Shown here: positions 37,591 through 47,119 of the stretch, piece by piece
Numbering within the stretch: the first letter of the stretch is position 1
Layout: each line of letters opens with the position of its first letter
Assembly: GCA_947175635.1 (NCBI GenBank)
Contig: CAMWNM010000005.1
Span: 7,253-71,252, forward strand
Direction: 5' to 3'
Source of the DNA: an uncultured Bacteroidales bacterium
GTDB lineage: Bacteria > Bacteroidota > Bacteroidia > Bacteroidales > P3
Length of the DNA stretch: 64,000 nt
Translations under genes and position numbers: made by a program
The notes under the pieces: model-generated
Seen by the model: only the letters and a program-made list of their open reading frames with translations
Told to the model about the DNA's origin: nothing
Databases searched by the model: none

Positions 37591-38898
37591 ATGTTGACAG
37601 ACATGAAAATTGTTTCCGCCGAAGAAGCGGTGAAAGTCATCAAGACCGGCGACAGGGTACATATCCATGCCATCGGTTGCGCACCGCAGAAATTGATTCA
37701 GGCCATGTGCGAACGCGGACGCCGCGGCGAGTTCAGCGATGTGCGTATCCAGCACTTGCATACCGAAGGGCCGGCCCCTTATACCGCGTCCGAATTCGAA
37801 GGGGTTTTCTTCTTGGAATCCTTTTTTGCCGGTGCCAATGTGCGTAAGGACACCCAGGCCGGTTATGCCGACTATATTCCCGGTTTCCTGCAGGATACCC
37901 AACGCTTGATACGGGAAGGCTACTGCCGTCCCAACGTGGCCTTGATACAGACCACGCCTCCCGACAAACACGGTTATGTTTCGTTGGGTTGCTCGGTGGA
38001 CGCCACTTTGGCCGCCATCGAAAAGGCCGATACGGTAATCGCCACCATCAATCCCAAGATGCCGCGTTCTTTCGGAGATGCGCTCATTCCGATGGAAATG
38101 ATCGATATATTTACCGAAGATGATGCTCCGTTGATGACGGCGCATTTTGCCCAGCCCACGCCCGAAGAAGAAAGGATCGGCAAGCATGTGGCCGAACTTA
38201 TCGAAGACGGTGCCACCTTGCAGATGGGCATCGGTTCGATTCCCAATGCGGTGCTTTCCCAATTGGGTAATCACAAGAATCTGGGCATCCATACCGAAAT
38301 GTTTGCCGACGGGGTGCTTCAACTCGTGCGCAAAGGCGTTATCAACGGCATGAACAAGGCCATCGACAGGGGGAAGATCGTATCGACCTTTGTGATGGGC
38401 AGCCAGGAAGTGTACGACTTTCTCGATGACAATCCCGGTGTGGCCATGATGGACGTGGGCTATACCAACAACGAGTTCATCATCGCCAAGAATCCCAAGG
38501 TAACGGCCATCAACTCAGCCTTGCAGGTGGATCTGACGGGGCAGGTGTGTGCCGATTCTCTGGGCATCAAGTTCTATTCGGGCGTGGGCGGACAGGTGGA
38601 TTTTATCCGCGGAGCCTCGATGAGTGAAGGCGGAAAACCCATCATCGCCATGCAGTCGGTAACCAATAAAGGTGTAAGCAAGATTGCGCCCGTACTTACC
38701 TCGGGGGCCGGTGTGGTGACATCCCGTGCACATGTGCAGTGGATCGTTACTGAATACGGAGCGGTGAACCTGTTTGGCAAGACCATGCAGGAACGCGCCA
38801 AACTTCTGATTTCGATCGCCCATCCGGATCATCGCGAGGAACTGGACCGCGCGGCTTTCGAACGTTTCGGCCCGCATTTCCACTATGTGGGTAAGTAA
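37591..38898 (+). CDS. Acetyl-CoA hydrolase/transferase family CoA-transferase (paralog of cat2)
   Basis: 435 aa with LQMGIGSIPNAV and YSGVGGQVDFIRGA, the same motifs as the gene at 14465-15787. Confidence 0.8.
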   Translation: MLTDMKIVSAEEAVKVIKTGDRVHIHAIGCAPQKLIQAMCERGRRGEFSDVRIQHLHTEGPAPYTASEFEGVFFLESFFAGANVRKDTQAGYADYIPGFLQDTQRLIREGYCRPNVALIQTTPPDKHGYVSLGCSVDATLAAIEKADTVIATINPKMPRSFGDALIPMEMIDIFTEDDAPLMTAHFAQPTPEEERIGKHVAELIEDGATLQMGIGSIPNAVLSQLGNHKNLGIHTEMFADGVLQLVRKGVINGMNKAIDRGKIVSTFVMGSQEVYDFLDDNPGVAMMDVGYTNNEFIIAKNPKVTAINSALQVDLTGQVCADSLGIKFYSGVGGQVDFIRGASMSEGGKPIIAMQSVTNKGVSKIAPVLTSGAGVVTSRAHVQWIVTEYGAVNLFGKTMQERAKLLISIAHPDHREELDRAAFERFGPHFHYVGK

Positions 38899-38919
38899 AC
38901 AAGGAGAGGAGCCCCGGAT

Positions 38920-38954
38920 AAAAAAGGCTGTCTGTTTTACAGGCAGCCTTTTTT
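38920..38954. terminator. Bidirectional terminator between convergent genes
   Basis: Stem GGCTGTCTG (38926-38934) / CAGGCAGCC (38940-38948) with one G-U pair, flanked by an A-run and T6. Confidence 0.7.
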
Positions 38955-38974
38955 GTTGCAAGGAGAGAGGCGGT

Positions 38975-39883
38975 CTATCCGAACCATGTTATGCCGATGC
39001 CTGCTGTCAGGATAAGGGCAAAAAGGATTTCCTTGAGCAGTCCGTTGTTCATGTACAGGATGGCGTTGGTGCAGAGAAAGGCCACGGGCATGAAGAGCGG
39101 AAAGAGGTTGTGGTTGATATTGCCGCCCCCCGCCGCCATGAATACCGTCAGGTAAAGGAACATCACGATGATGGATGCCACCTTGCGTCTTTCCGTGATT
39201 TCCAGACCTTGAAGATATTTCTGCATGGAAAAGATGGAGATAAAGGCCAGTACGATGCAGAAGCAAAGCAGCGCGAGTCCAAGCATCCTCTCGGCCGTAC
39301 AAGAGGGCGGACCGAAGATCATGATGCGGGAAAAAGTCTGTTGCAAGATATTTTCATGCCAAAGAAGGTCGTAAGCCCCTGTCAGGAGGAACGGTGTGCC
39401 CATCGCTAACAGGGATGCCGCCCATACATGCCAGTTTCCCACGGCATAGGTAAGCAGGATAATCCAGAAACAAGGCAGGGTGAATATCAGTTCGGGAAAG
39501 AAAAGGGTGCCCGTACTCCAGAAGAATATGGCGTTGAATAAAGCCGGATAAGGTTTTTCTTTACCGTAGATATCCAATAAATAGTAGAAAGAAAGCAGGA
39601 ACAGCAGATAAACCCACATCCGGGGAAAGTAACCGGCATGGAGCGTGGTGGCCACCAAGCACAGCAGTACCACGGCGTGCAAGCCGGGACTTCGGGAAAT
39701 GCGGTGTCTGGTGAGTAGCAGGCAAAAACCGATGGCGCACAACAGGCTGATGCCCCAGGACAGATAGCTGCCGCTGTGGGAAAATCCGGTTTCCATGAAT
39801 GTCTTTCCCCACAGTAGAAGCGAAACGATGATGACCAAGGCGTATTGAAAGAGAGGGTTGTTTTTGGATAATTTAATCAGCAT
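38975..39883 (-). CDS. Polytopic membrane protein of unknown function
   Basis: 302 aa with ~9 hydrophobic segments and no catalytic motif I recognise. Confidence 0.55.
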   Translation of the reverse strand: MLIKLSKNNPLFQYALVIIVSLLLWGKTFMETGFSHSGSYLSWGISLLCAIGFCLLLTRHRISRSPGLHAVVLLCLVATTLHAGYFPRMWVYLLFLLSFYYLLDIYGKEKPYPALFNAIFFWSTGTLFFPELIFTLPCFWIILLTYAVGNWHVWAASLLAMGTPFLLTGAYDLLWHENILQQTFSRIMIFGPPSCTAERMLGLALLCFCIVLAFISIFSMQKYLQGLEITERRKVASIIVMFLYLTVFMAAGGGNINHNLFPLFMPVAFLCTNAILYMNNGLLKEILFALILTAGIGITWFG

Positions 39884-39912
39884 GATTTTCCTTCTTTTGC
39901 CTTGCTAAGGTA

Positions 39913-41856
39913 CTAAATCTTGGTGGACTGGGAGGGCGAATGCCATTTGTATCCGAGTGCGCCGTCCGGGGCAATCCTCTCTTCCGAGAGCAGATATTGC
40001 CAGAGTTGTTGGAGGCGGATTTCGCTTTCTTGCGGAAAAACATCCGAGAGCAATTGCAGGTTCAATGTACTTTGCGCGGAAACAGACTGTAGTTCATCTG
40101 CCATCAGGCGAAGTTGTTTTTCGGAGATGGGGAGGGCTTTTCGCGCCAGACATATGTCGCAATGTCCGCAGTCTTGCCGGTTGTCTTCCCCCAGATATTG
40201 CAGCAGGAAGCGGTTGCGACACAGGCTTTTTTCGGTGGCATAGCTTGCCATCGCATCGGCTTTGCGCCGGGCGTTTTCTTTACGTTCGGCATAGTTTTCG
40301 GGGCGCAGGAAAGAGGGTCCTGTCTTCCGTCTTGGCATGAGCAACGTGATTGTTCCGCCCTCGGAAGGGGGAATGTAGTCGAGCAGGGATACGGCTGAGA
40401 GCTTTTGCAGGGCTTCCCTGACGAGATTCCCGCTTTGTTTAAGCCGTCTTGCCAGTTCGGGTTCGTCTATCGGTACGTAGTCCGAGAAAAGTTTTCCTCC
40501 GTAGGTGCGCAACAAGGTGGTAAGCAGATTCTGAAAAACAGGATGCGCTACCTGATAGCGATACACCGTATCGTAATCTGCCTTGAAATGCACCTTTCCC
40601 GTTTCTCGCGCCGAGTCGGAGAGGCGCAGGTAGCCGTCTTTTTCCAAAAAGAACAGTGCCGAGAAGGTTTCGGCTACAGGCAGGCGGCAGGTCTGGCAGA
40701 ATTGAGGGAGGTTAAAGGCATTCTCCACGCCTTCGCCGCTTCCTGCGGGGATATTGAGATAGTTGCCGAGGGCTTCGTATACACTTTTGATAAAGGGCAG
40801 GGCAGGATAGGCGCGGTTCAGGTTCTGTTCGGCTTCCATGCGGTCGGAGGGATGATATACCAGAACGGCGAAAGCTCTTTTTTCATCGCGTCCGGCCCGT
40901 CCGGCCTCCTGAAAATAGGCCTCAATGGTATCAGGCAGGTCCAGATGCACCACATAGCGAACATCGGGTTTGTCGATGCCCATGCCGAATGCGTTGGTGG
41001 CCACCATTACCTGTATCTTGCCTTCGATCCATGCGTCCTGCCGTCGGGAACGGGTGGCGGCATCCATGCCTCCGTGGTAAAAAGAAGCCGAAATGCCCCT
41101 TTTCTGCAAGGCCTCGGCTATCTGAACGGTCTTTCTTCGTTTGCGTACATAGACGATACCGCTTCCCCCCACTTTATTCACGATGCGCTCCACACGTCCC
41201 AGCTTGTCTTCATCATACACCACATAGTAGGTGAGGTTTTCCCGCGTAAAGCTCTTTTGAAATACCTTGCGGGGCAGAATGCGGAGTTTATCCTGAATGT
41301 CCTCCACCACTTCAGGGGTAGCCGTGGCGGTGAGGGCCAGTACCGGTACGCGGGGCAGACGGCTCCGCAACAGGGCTATCTGCAGATAGGGAGGACGGAA
41401 GTCGTATCCCCATTGAGAGATGCAATGCGCCTCATCTACGGCCAGCAGGCAAACCTGCATCTGTTGCAGATGCGCCAGGAATGTCTCGTTTTGGCAACGT
41501 TCGGGCGAAATGTAGAGAAACTTGATCCGGTTGTGAATGGCCGCGTTGAAAATCAGTTCGGTTTCATGCGTTGACAGACCGCTGTAAACAGCTTCGGCGG
41601 CAATCCCTCTTCGCTTGAGGTTTTCAACCTGGTCTTTCATCAATGCGATAAGGGGCGATATGACGATACATATGCCCCTCATCGCTAAAGCCGGCACTTG
41701 AAAGCAGATGGACTTTCCCCCGCCGGTGGGAAGCAATGCCAATGCATCCTTCCCTTGCAATACATATTCGATAATATCCTGTTGCAAAGCCCGGAATCGG
41801 GCGTAACCCCAATATTGCCGCAGGATATCGTGGATGTGGAAATTATCTGTTGCCAA
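39913..41856 (-). CDS. recQ: RecQ family ATP-dependent DNA helicase
   Basis: RFRALQQDII...LLPTGGGKS (motif I), LLAVDEAHCISQWGYDFRP (DEAH box), and a Zn-finger-like CGHCDIC near the C-terminus. Confidence 0.9.
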   Translation of the reverse strand: MATDNFHIHDILRQYWGYARFRALQQDIIEYVLQGKDALALLPTGGGKSICFQVPALAMRGICIVISPLIALMKDQVENLKRRGIAAEAVYSGLSTHETELIFNAAIHNRIKFLYISPERCQNETFLAHLQQMQVCLLAVDEAHCISQWGYDFRPPYLQIALLRSRLPRVPVLALTATATPEVVEDIQDKLRILPRKVFQKSFTRENLTYYVVYDEDKLGRVERIVNKVGGSGIVYVRKRRKTVQIAEALQKRGISASFYHGGMDAATRSRRQDAWIEGKIQVMVATNAFGMGIDKPDVRYVVHLDLPDTIEAYFQEAGRAGRDEKRAFAVLVYHPSDRMEAEQNLNRAYPALPFIKSVYEALGNYLNIPAGSGEGVENAFNLPQFCQTCRLPVAETFSALFFLEKDGYLRLSDSARETGKVHFKADYDTVYRYQVAHPVFQNLLTTLLRTYGGKLFSDYVPIDEPELARRLKQSGNLVREALQKLSAVSLLDYIPPSEGGTITLLMPRRKTGPSFLRPENYAERKENARRKADAMASYATEKSLCRNRFLLQYLGEDNRQDCGHCDICLARKALPISEKQLRLMADELQSVSAQSTLNLQLLSDVFPQESEIRLQQLWQYLLSEERIAPDGALGYKWHSPSQSTKI

Positions 41857-43285
41857 TAATCTGAACTTTGTTCACTTCCCAAGTGGCCATCCCCTCACCT
41901 TCCACGCTTTTATACACGAAGGCGATGTGGATTTTCCGGCCCCTGTAGGCGCTCAAGTCGATGGGGCCGCTGGTTTGGAAAGTGAAGTTGTTGCCCGGAT
42001 GCGGGTTGGGAATGGTAAGTGTGGACCAAGTGGCTTGCCGCGGGTCGGAATGCAGAGTCTGGTCGTAGTCGGTTGAAATCCGGACGGTGTAGTAGCTGTC
42101 GGGTTGCTCGTATTTATAACTCAGGGCCTGTTCGAAGGTCAGATCTATGGCCGTGAATTCTTCCGGTATCTCAATTTCTTTGGATACCAGCCAGTCCTGA
42201 TTGGTTTTGGCGGTCTGAGAACCTTGCACCATCGCGCAACCGCCACCGTAACTACCCCATGTCCAAGTGGCACCGCCATCCCTACCGTCCATTCCATCGG
42301 TGTTGTACACGGAGAAATTGTTGATTCCGGTAGCGAAGGAAGCGGCGAAAACAGGATAGTTCACTCCGGCCGAAGCGGCGAACTTGCCGGTGTCTATATC
42401 GTTGTATGCGCGCAGATAGAACTGTTTGGTAGTGCCGTAAATGGCAAAGATGGACTTCATGTCGCCTATGCCGGCCGGCACCGTACGCCGGAAGAAGCGG
42501 CAGGCGCTGCTGGTGCGCAGAATCAGGTCGGCGCTTCCGCCATTAATCGAAAAATAACGGTTGGTGGAGGTGGGATTGCTGCCGGCAGGAGGAGCGGGCG
42601 CGAATTCCAGATTCACGTCATCTCCGGAAAACTGCACGTTGCGCAAAATCACCAATTGGTTATACAGTGCGGGATTATCCAATTGGGATGCATCGGTTAT
42701 CTCGATCGGTTTCATGATTTCCTCATCCTCTCCATGCGGCAGACCTACTTTGGATACATGCTGCATGAACACCACGTCCGGAATACGTCCCAAAGTTACG
42801 GAACCGTTGTCGTCCAGATAGCGGAATCCTAACTGGGGAAGACCTTCATAGGAACCTAAGTAAAGTCCGCTGCAATTGATATACAGCTCCTGTCCGAGCG
42901 GGAAGAAGTTGTAGAGACCTGTTTTGTCAACGGCCAGATTCAGGGCCAGACTGCTGTTGGCATCGCCGCTTCCGGCATCCCTTACATACATGCTTTTGTA
43001 GATGTTGCCGGACATATCGTTGCCGATCACCACCACGTGGATATAAATATCCCTGTATAGGGTGTCTCCGTTGAGGATCTCCCTGAATTGCCCCACCGAA
43101 TCGAAGGTGCCGGGGTAATATCCTTTTATTTCCTCGATCGACATTACCCTGGCGTTGCCGGGCAGTTCGAAATCAGGATAGGATGGAACATCGCCGTGAT
43201 TGAATTTCACGCAGGAAGAAAGACAAAAAGCGAGACCTGCAGGAAAGACAGCGTTTTTCAGTATTTTAGAGATAGAAGTATTCAT
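41843..43285 (-). CDS. Surface lipoprotein, DUF5689-like N-terminal region plus C-terminal choice-of-anchor-J-like domain
   Basis: Lipoprotein signal ...AGLAFCLSSC. It is a clear paralog of the upstream 287-aa gene (VVIGNDMSGNIYKSMYV versus VVVGNDISGNIYKKIYL). The family names come from memory. Confidence 0.5.
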   Translation of the reverse strand: MNTSISKILKNAVFPAGLAFCLSSCVKFNHGDVPSYPDFELPGNARVMSIEEIKGYYPGTFDSVGQFREILNGDTLYRDIYIHVVVIGNDMSGNIYKSMYVRDAGSGDANSSLALNLAVDKTGLYNFFPLGQELYINCSGLYLGSYEGLPQLGFRYLDDNGSVTLGRIPDVVFMQHVSKVGLPHGEDEEIMKPIEITDASQLDNPALYNQLVILRNVQFSGDDVNLEFAPAPPAGSNPTSTNRYFSINGGSADLILRTSSACRFFRRTVPAGIGDMKSIFAIYGTTKQFYLRAYNDIDTGKFAASAGVNYPVFAASFATGINNFSVYNTDGMDGRDGGATWTWGSYGGGCAMVQGSQTAKTNQDWLVSKEIEIPEEFTAIDLTFEQALSYKYEQPDSYYTVRISTDYDQTLHSDPRQATWSTLTIPNPHPGNNFTFQTSGPIDLSAYRGRKIHIAFVYKSVEGEGMATWEVNKVQIIGNR

Positions 43286-43303
43286 GATTTTCCTCCTGTT
43301 TTA

Positions 43304-44167
43304 CTACTGGTTGTCTTCCTCTTCTTGGGAGGGAAGAATGATAACATCGTTGATGTCCCGGATATAAAGCTGCATATCGGTACGGCTGGTGGTCTTGTAG
43401 ATACCCAGGATTCCCTGTACGCAAACCTTGCCGGAGGGCATGGTGTCGTTGGCAAACAATGCGCTGGCGCTGTTGCGGAGAATGAGCGTGTTGTTGAAGT
43501 CGTCTTTCAGGTTGTGGCTTTCTGCACTGCCGTTGTTGGCGTTGGCGTAAACCAGCCCGGCATCTTCGAACTCCACATTGTTTACACGGACCAGCCGGCC
43601 CACATATTGCATCCTTTGGTAATCCAGACTGATCTGGTTCAAGGTAAGCACCTTAGGTGCAGGTGTGGTGGCAGCGGAGGCATAGCCTTTACGGTGCAGG
43701 TGCTGATTGCATTCGGCTTCGTACAGGCGTCGGGTAACGTTTTCACCGCGTCCCGCGATCTGCGGCTGACCGCTGTAAAGGCCGTAGGCCAGACCTTTGA
43801 GTTCCACCACCAGACGTTGTCCGACAGGATATTTGTGATGGTTGTTGGTCATTTCGATTTCGATATCGATGCCTCTTATGTTGATTGAGTCTTCGGGCGT
43901 AGGGTAGTCGTCTTGCAGATAGATTTTTTTGTAGATGTTGCCCGAGATATCGTTGCCCACCACCACACCTTCGATGTATAAGTCTTCGTCGATATCGCAG
44001 TAGTTGTAGGCCTTGTATTTTTCCAGCAACTCCTTGATGGTGATATTGGCCACAAGATCTGTATCGGGGGCTTCTGGCGTATCGCGGTCGCCCACGCAGC
44101 CGGGCAGGGGAAGCAGACACGACAGGAGGAGGCAGGCGCCCAATTTCATATGCTTGATTGTTTTCAT
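43304..44167 (-). CDS. Lipoprotein, DUF5689-like
   Basis: Signal plus lipobox LLSCLLPLPGC. It is immediately downstream of the TonB-dependent receptor and is a paralog of the next gene. Confidence 0.5.
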   Translation of the reverse strand: MKTIKHMKLGACLLLSCLLPLPGCVGDRDTPEAPDTDLVANITIKELLEKYKAYNYCDIDEDLYIEGVVVGNDISGNIYKKIYLQDDYPTPEDSINIRGIDIEIEMTNNHHKYPVGQRLVVELKGLAYGLYSGQPQIAGRGENVTRRLYEAECNQHLHRKGYASAATTPAPKVLTLNQISLDYQRMQYVGRLVRVNNVEFEDAGLVYANANNGSAESHNLKDDFNNTLILRNSASALFANDTMPSGKVCVQGILGIYKTTSRTDMQLYIRDINDVIILPSQEEEDNQ

Positions 44168-44189
44168 GCTTTCTGTGCTTTGATAAAGG

Positions 44190-46934
44190 TTAGAAACGGA
44201 TACCTACATTGATGAAGAAAGTGGTGCCGTAGGCATAGAAGTAACGGGGCGGATATTTATCCACGTTATGTTCGGCATAGTCGAACCGGCGTTGTTCGTA
44301 ACCGCCGGTTTGAATATTGCGGTTGTTGGTGGCGTTCTGTACCGAGGCGTTCACGTTGAGTTGCCAGCCTTTCATCCGGAAGACCTTGCCGACGGAGAGG
44401 TTGAGGGTGAAACCGCCCTTTAGTTTCTCTTCGTTCAGGATGGCGTTCAATAATTCGGTATCGTCGGCCGAAACCCCTTCGATGGCGGCTGTGGTGCGGC
44501 GTTCGGGGTTCATGCTCAGATAATTCCAGTTGACGTAATTCAAGGTGGCGTTCAGATAGATATTGAACGGAGCCTGATAATTCAGGCCTAAGGACGCACC
44601 CAGTTGCGGCGTGCCGGTTACATGGTAGTTCTTGATGTAAATGGTGTTGGTTTGATCTTCGAACGCGCCGTTTTCGGCCGATATGGTGGCTGTGGGCCGG
44701 TTGGTATAGCGGTAGTTGCCTACGGATCCCACCAGGGTGGCGCTCAATTGGGGAATAATCTTCACATCCAAACCCAGTTCAACCCCTTGGTGAACCTTAT
44801 CTACATTGTTCATGGTGTAGTTCACGAAAGTACGGTAGTCGTCGTGATAGAAGGAAAACGATTCCATGCCGTCGAAGAACATGGTGTGATAGAGTGTCAG
44901 GCGGCCTTGCACCACGGGGGTCTTGATGATGTAGTTAAGGTCGGCCGAGAAGATTTTTTCGTTGGTGAGCTTGGCCACGTCATCCTTGATGCGGGGCGAG
45001 ATGTATGCCGTTTGGAGGTAGGGGGCGCGGGTTTTCCATAAAATATTGGCGTAAATGTAGTTGCGTCCGTTTATTTTCCAAGTGGCACCTGCTTTGAGCG
45101 CATAGTTGTAGAAACTGTGGATATCGCCCTGGCCTTTTGAATTTTCGGGTGAACGGCCGTTGCGCATGTGTCCGTAGCGCCAGAAATGCGTGGTGGAGAA
45201 CTCCGCTCCGCCGTAGAAATCCCAATGGGCGTACTCGAACAATCCTGTGGCGAACAATTGACCGTAGACCAAGTGCATATCGTAGTTGTAACCGAATTTG
45301 TCGCCTTCTTTGATAACGCGGTTGGGGTTGTCCAGATCGTTTTGAATTTCATCGGCATCGGAAGAGAAGTCGCGTTCGGCGAACTGGTCTATGTCTATCC
45401 AGTATTTACCTCCCAAGAGGTCGTCCATAACCTTGAAGTTGCTGGTGATGCTGTGGCGGAAACGGATACCGCCGTTGATTTTGGTGTGGTCGCCCAGATT
45501 CTGGTTGAGGACCGAACTTAGGTTGAAGTCGTTCACATCGCTGCGGCGCTCCTCCACAATGTATTTGGCCTGTTTTCCCAATTCGTTCTGGGTGTAGTTC
45601 ACCTGATAGAGGTTGGCCCAGTTGATCTGGCTCACCGAGGGATCGTTGCGCCATAAATCGGCCACCAGCTCGGCTGTGGCCGGATCTTCATAATAGGAAG
45701 GTAGGTAGCGGTAGTAGTCCGGTCGGGGGTCGGGGGCATCGTACCAGTTGAGGGAAGTGGTTCCGTAGATACCGAACTGATAGCTGGCCGTGGTGGTTAA
45801 GCGTGTGTCGGTATTCGGGTTGTAGTCCCATACAAGCTGGAAGGTGGGCAGGATGCTGGTGCGGACGCGGGCACTGCGGATCTTTCCGTCTTGATACCCC
45901 CAGTTGCCGTTGTAGTAGTTGTTGCCCACAAGGTCGTACACCTCCTGATAGGAACCACCCTGCGTGGCTCTTTGCGTAGGAGATCCGAACGCCACGAAGC
46001 TGAGGGCATGACCGGTTTGGCCGAAGCGTTTCTCAACGGAGAAATAGTAGCCCCAGCCATCGTACAGCAAACCGTCGGGCATACCTTGCTTGTCGAAATT
46101 TTCGCTGAAACGGGGCACGCGGACCTTTGTTTTTTCATTGAACACCAATCCGTTTCCCCAACGGCGGGAAAGGGTGAGCGCCACCGCCCAGCCATTTCTG
46201 AGCAGGCCCGAACCGAAAGAATACATCAAACGGTGGGTGTAGGAACTGTTTGACAGCGAATAGGTAAACCTATGCTGCTTGGGCATGGCCGAAGCCCGCA
46301 TGTTGATATTCTGTTCGCCCCCTAAGTTGCCGGCTCCGAAGCTGTTGGGCTTGAGTCCGCTTACCTGTTCGTTGTTTCGTGTGATATCGTTCAGGCCGCC
46401 CCATTCACTCCATACGGCGCGGCCGTTTTCGGGATCGTTCATCAGGGCGCCGTTGATAAAAACGGTGTTGTTTTCGTTGTCGTAACCTCTTGCCCTGAAG
46501 TAGGCGAATCCCAGATTGTATCCGGCGGCCTTGTCGAATACGTCCGAGGATTGGGTCTGCAGGCCGGCCACTGCCTGACCGCCGTATCCCATGTCTTCAT
46601 CCCCGTCTAATTCAAGGACCCCCATATCCATTACGGGGGCGGAGGCGCCTTCTTCCAGAACATAGACACCGCCTTCGAAGTCTTTTACGTTGAAGGTTTC
46701 CGTTTTGTGTCCGGGAGCGGAAATGGTAATGGATACCCGGCCCTTGTCGGGAATGTTTTTGAGGATGAATGTACCGTCAGGGTGAATCGAAACGGATTCA
46801 TTTCCTGTAGAGATACGGGCGTTGGAAAGGGGAGTCTGACTCTTTTTTCCGAGAACCGTACCGCTTACCTGCCGTTGCGCCATAGAGAACGGCATCAGGC
46901 AGAACAAGCATAGGATTGCAATCAAATGCTTCAT
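44190..46934 (-). CDS. TonB-dependent outer-membrane receptor with N-terminal carboxypeptidase-regulatory-like domain
   Basis: 914 aa. The signal peptide is followed by VSGTVLGKKSQTPLSNARI...DGTFILKNIP (CarbopepD_reg-like), and the beta-barrel ends ...FFINVGIRF with a terminal aromatic residue. Confidence 0.85.
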   Translation of the reverse strand: MKHLIAILCLFCLMPFSMAQRQVSGTVLGKKSQTPLSNARISTGNESVSIHPDGTFILKNIPDKGRVSITISAPGHKTETFNVKDFEGGVYVLEEGASAPVMDMGVLELDGDEDMGYGGQAVAGLQTQSSDVFDKAAGYNLGFAYFRARGYDNENNTVFINGALMNDPENGRAVWSEWGGLNDITRNNEQVSGLKPNSFGAGNLGGEQNINMRASAMPKQHRFTYSLSNSSYTHRLMYSFGSGLLRNGWAVALTLSRRWGNGLVFNEKTKVRVPRFSENFDKQGMPDGLLYDGWGYYFSVEKRFGQTGHALSFVAFGSPTQRATQGGSYQEVYDLVGNNYYNGNWGYQDGKIRSARVRTSILPTFQLVWDYNPNTDTRLTTTASYQFGIYGTTSLNWYDAPDPRPDYYRYLPSYYEDPATAELVADLWRNDPSVSQINWANLYQVNYTQNELGKQAKYIVEERRSDVNDFNLSSVLNQNLGDHTKINGGIRFRHSITSNFKVMDDLLGGKYWIDIDQFAERDFSSDADEIQNDLDNPNRVIKEGDKFGYNYDMHLVYGQLFATGLFEYAHWDFYGGAEFSTTHFWRYGHMRNGRSPENSKGQGDIHSFYNYALKAGATWKINGRNYIYANILWKTRAPYLQTAYISPRIKDDVAKLTNEKIFSADLNYIIKTPVVQGRLTLYHTMFFDGMESFSFYHDDYRTFVNYTMNNVDKVHQGVELGLDVKIIPQLSATLVGSVGNYRYTNRPTATISAENGAFEDQTNTIYIKNYHVTGTPQLGASLGLNYQAPFNIYLNATLNYVNWNYLSMNPERRTTAAIEGVSADDTELLNAILNEEKLKGGFTLNLSVGKVFRMKGWQLNVNASVQNATNNRNIQTGGYEQRRFDYAEHNVDKYPPRYFYAYGTTFFINVGIRF

Positions 46935-47050
46935 AGTCTGTAGATTTCTGTATGAAATACTTAGGGGACAAGAATTGGTTGCAAATATAATTGAAACCGA
47001 CAGAAATAGGTGGGTCGTTAGGGCAAAGAGGAACGGAGAAACGCCGTTTT

Positions 47051-47072
47051 ATTATCAACAACTGTTGATAAT
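47051..47072. promoter_or_regulatory. Perfect 10-2-10 palindrome, candidate operator upstream of the TonB-dependent receptor
   Basis: ATTATCAACA-AC-TGTTGATAAT lies ~117 nt upstream of the receptor ATG and contains ATTATC/GATAAT hexamers. A TATATTTG -7-type box (minus strand, 46982-46989) lies between it and the ATG. Confidence 0.4.
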
Positions 47073-47119
47073 ATTTTTAATATATTGATTATAAGTGTCT
47101 CTGTTTTTCAAGGGATGGC

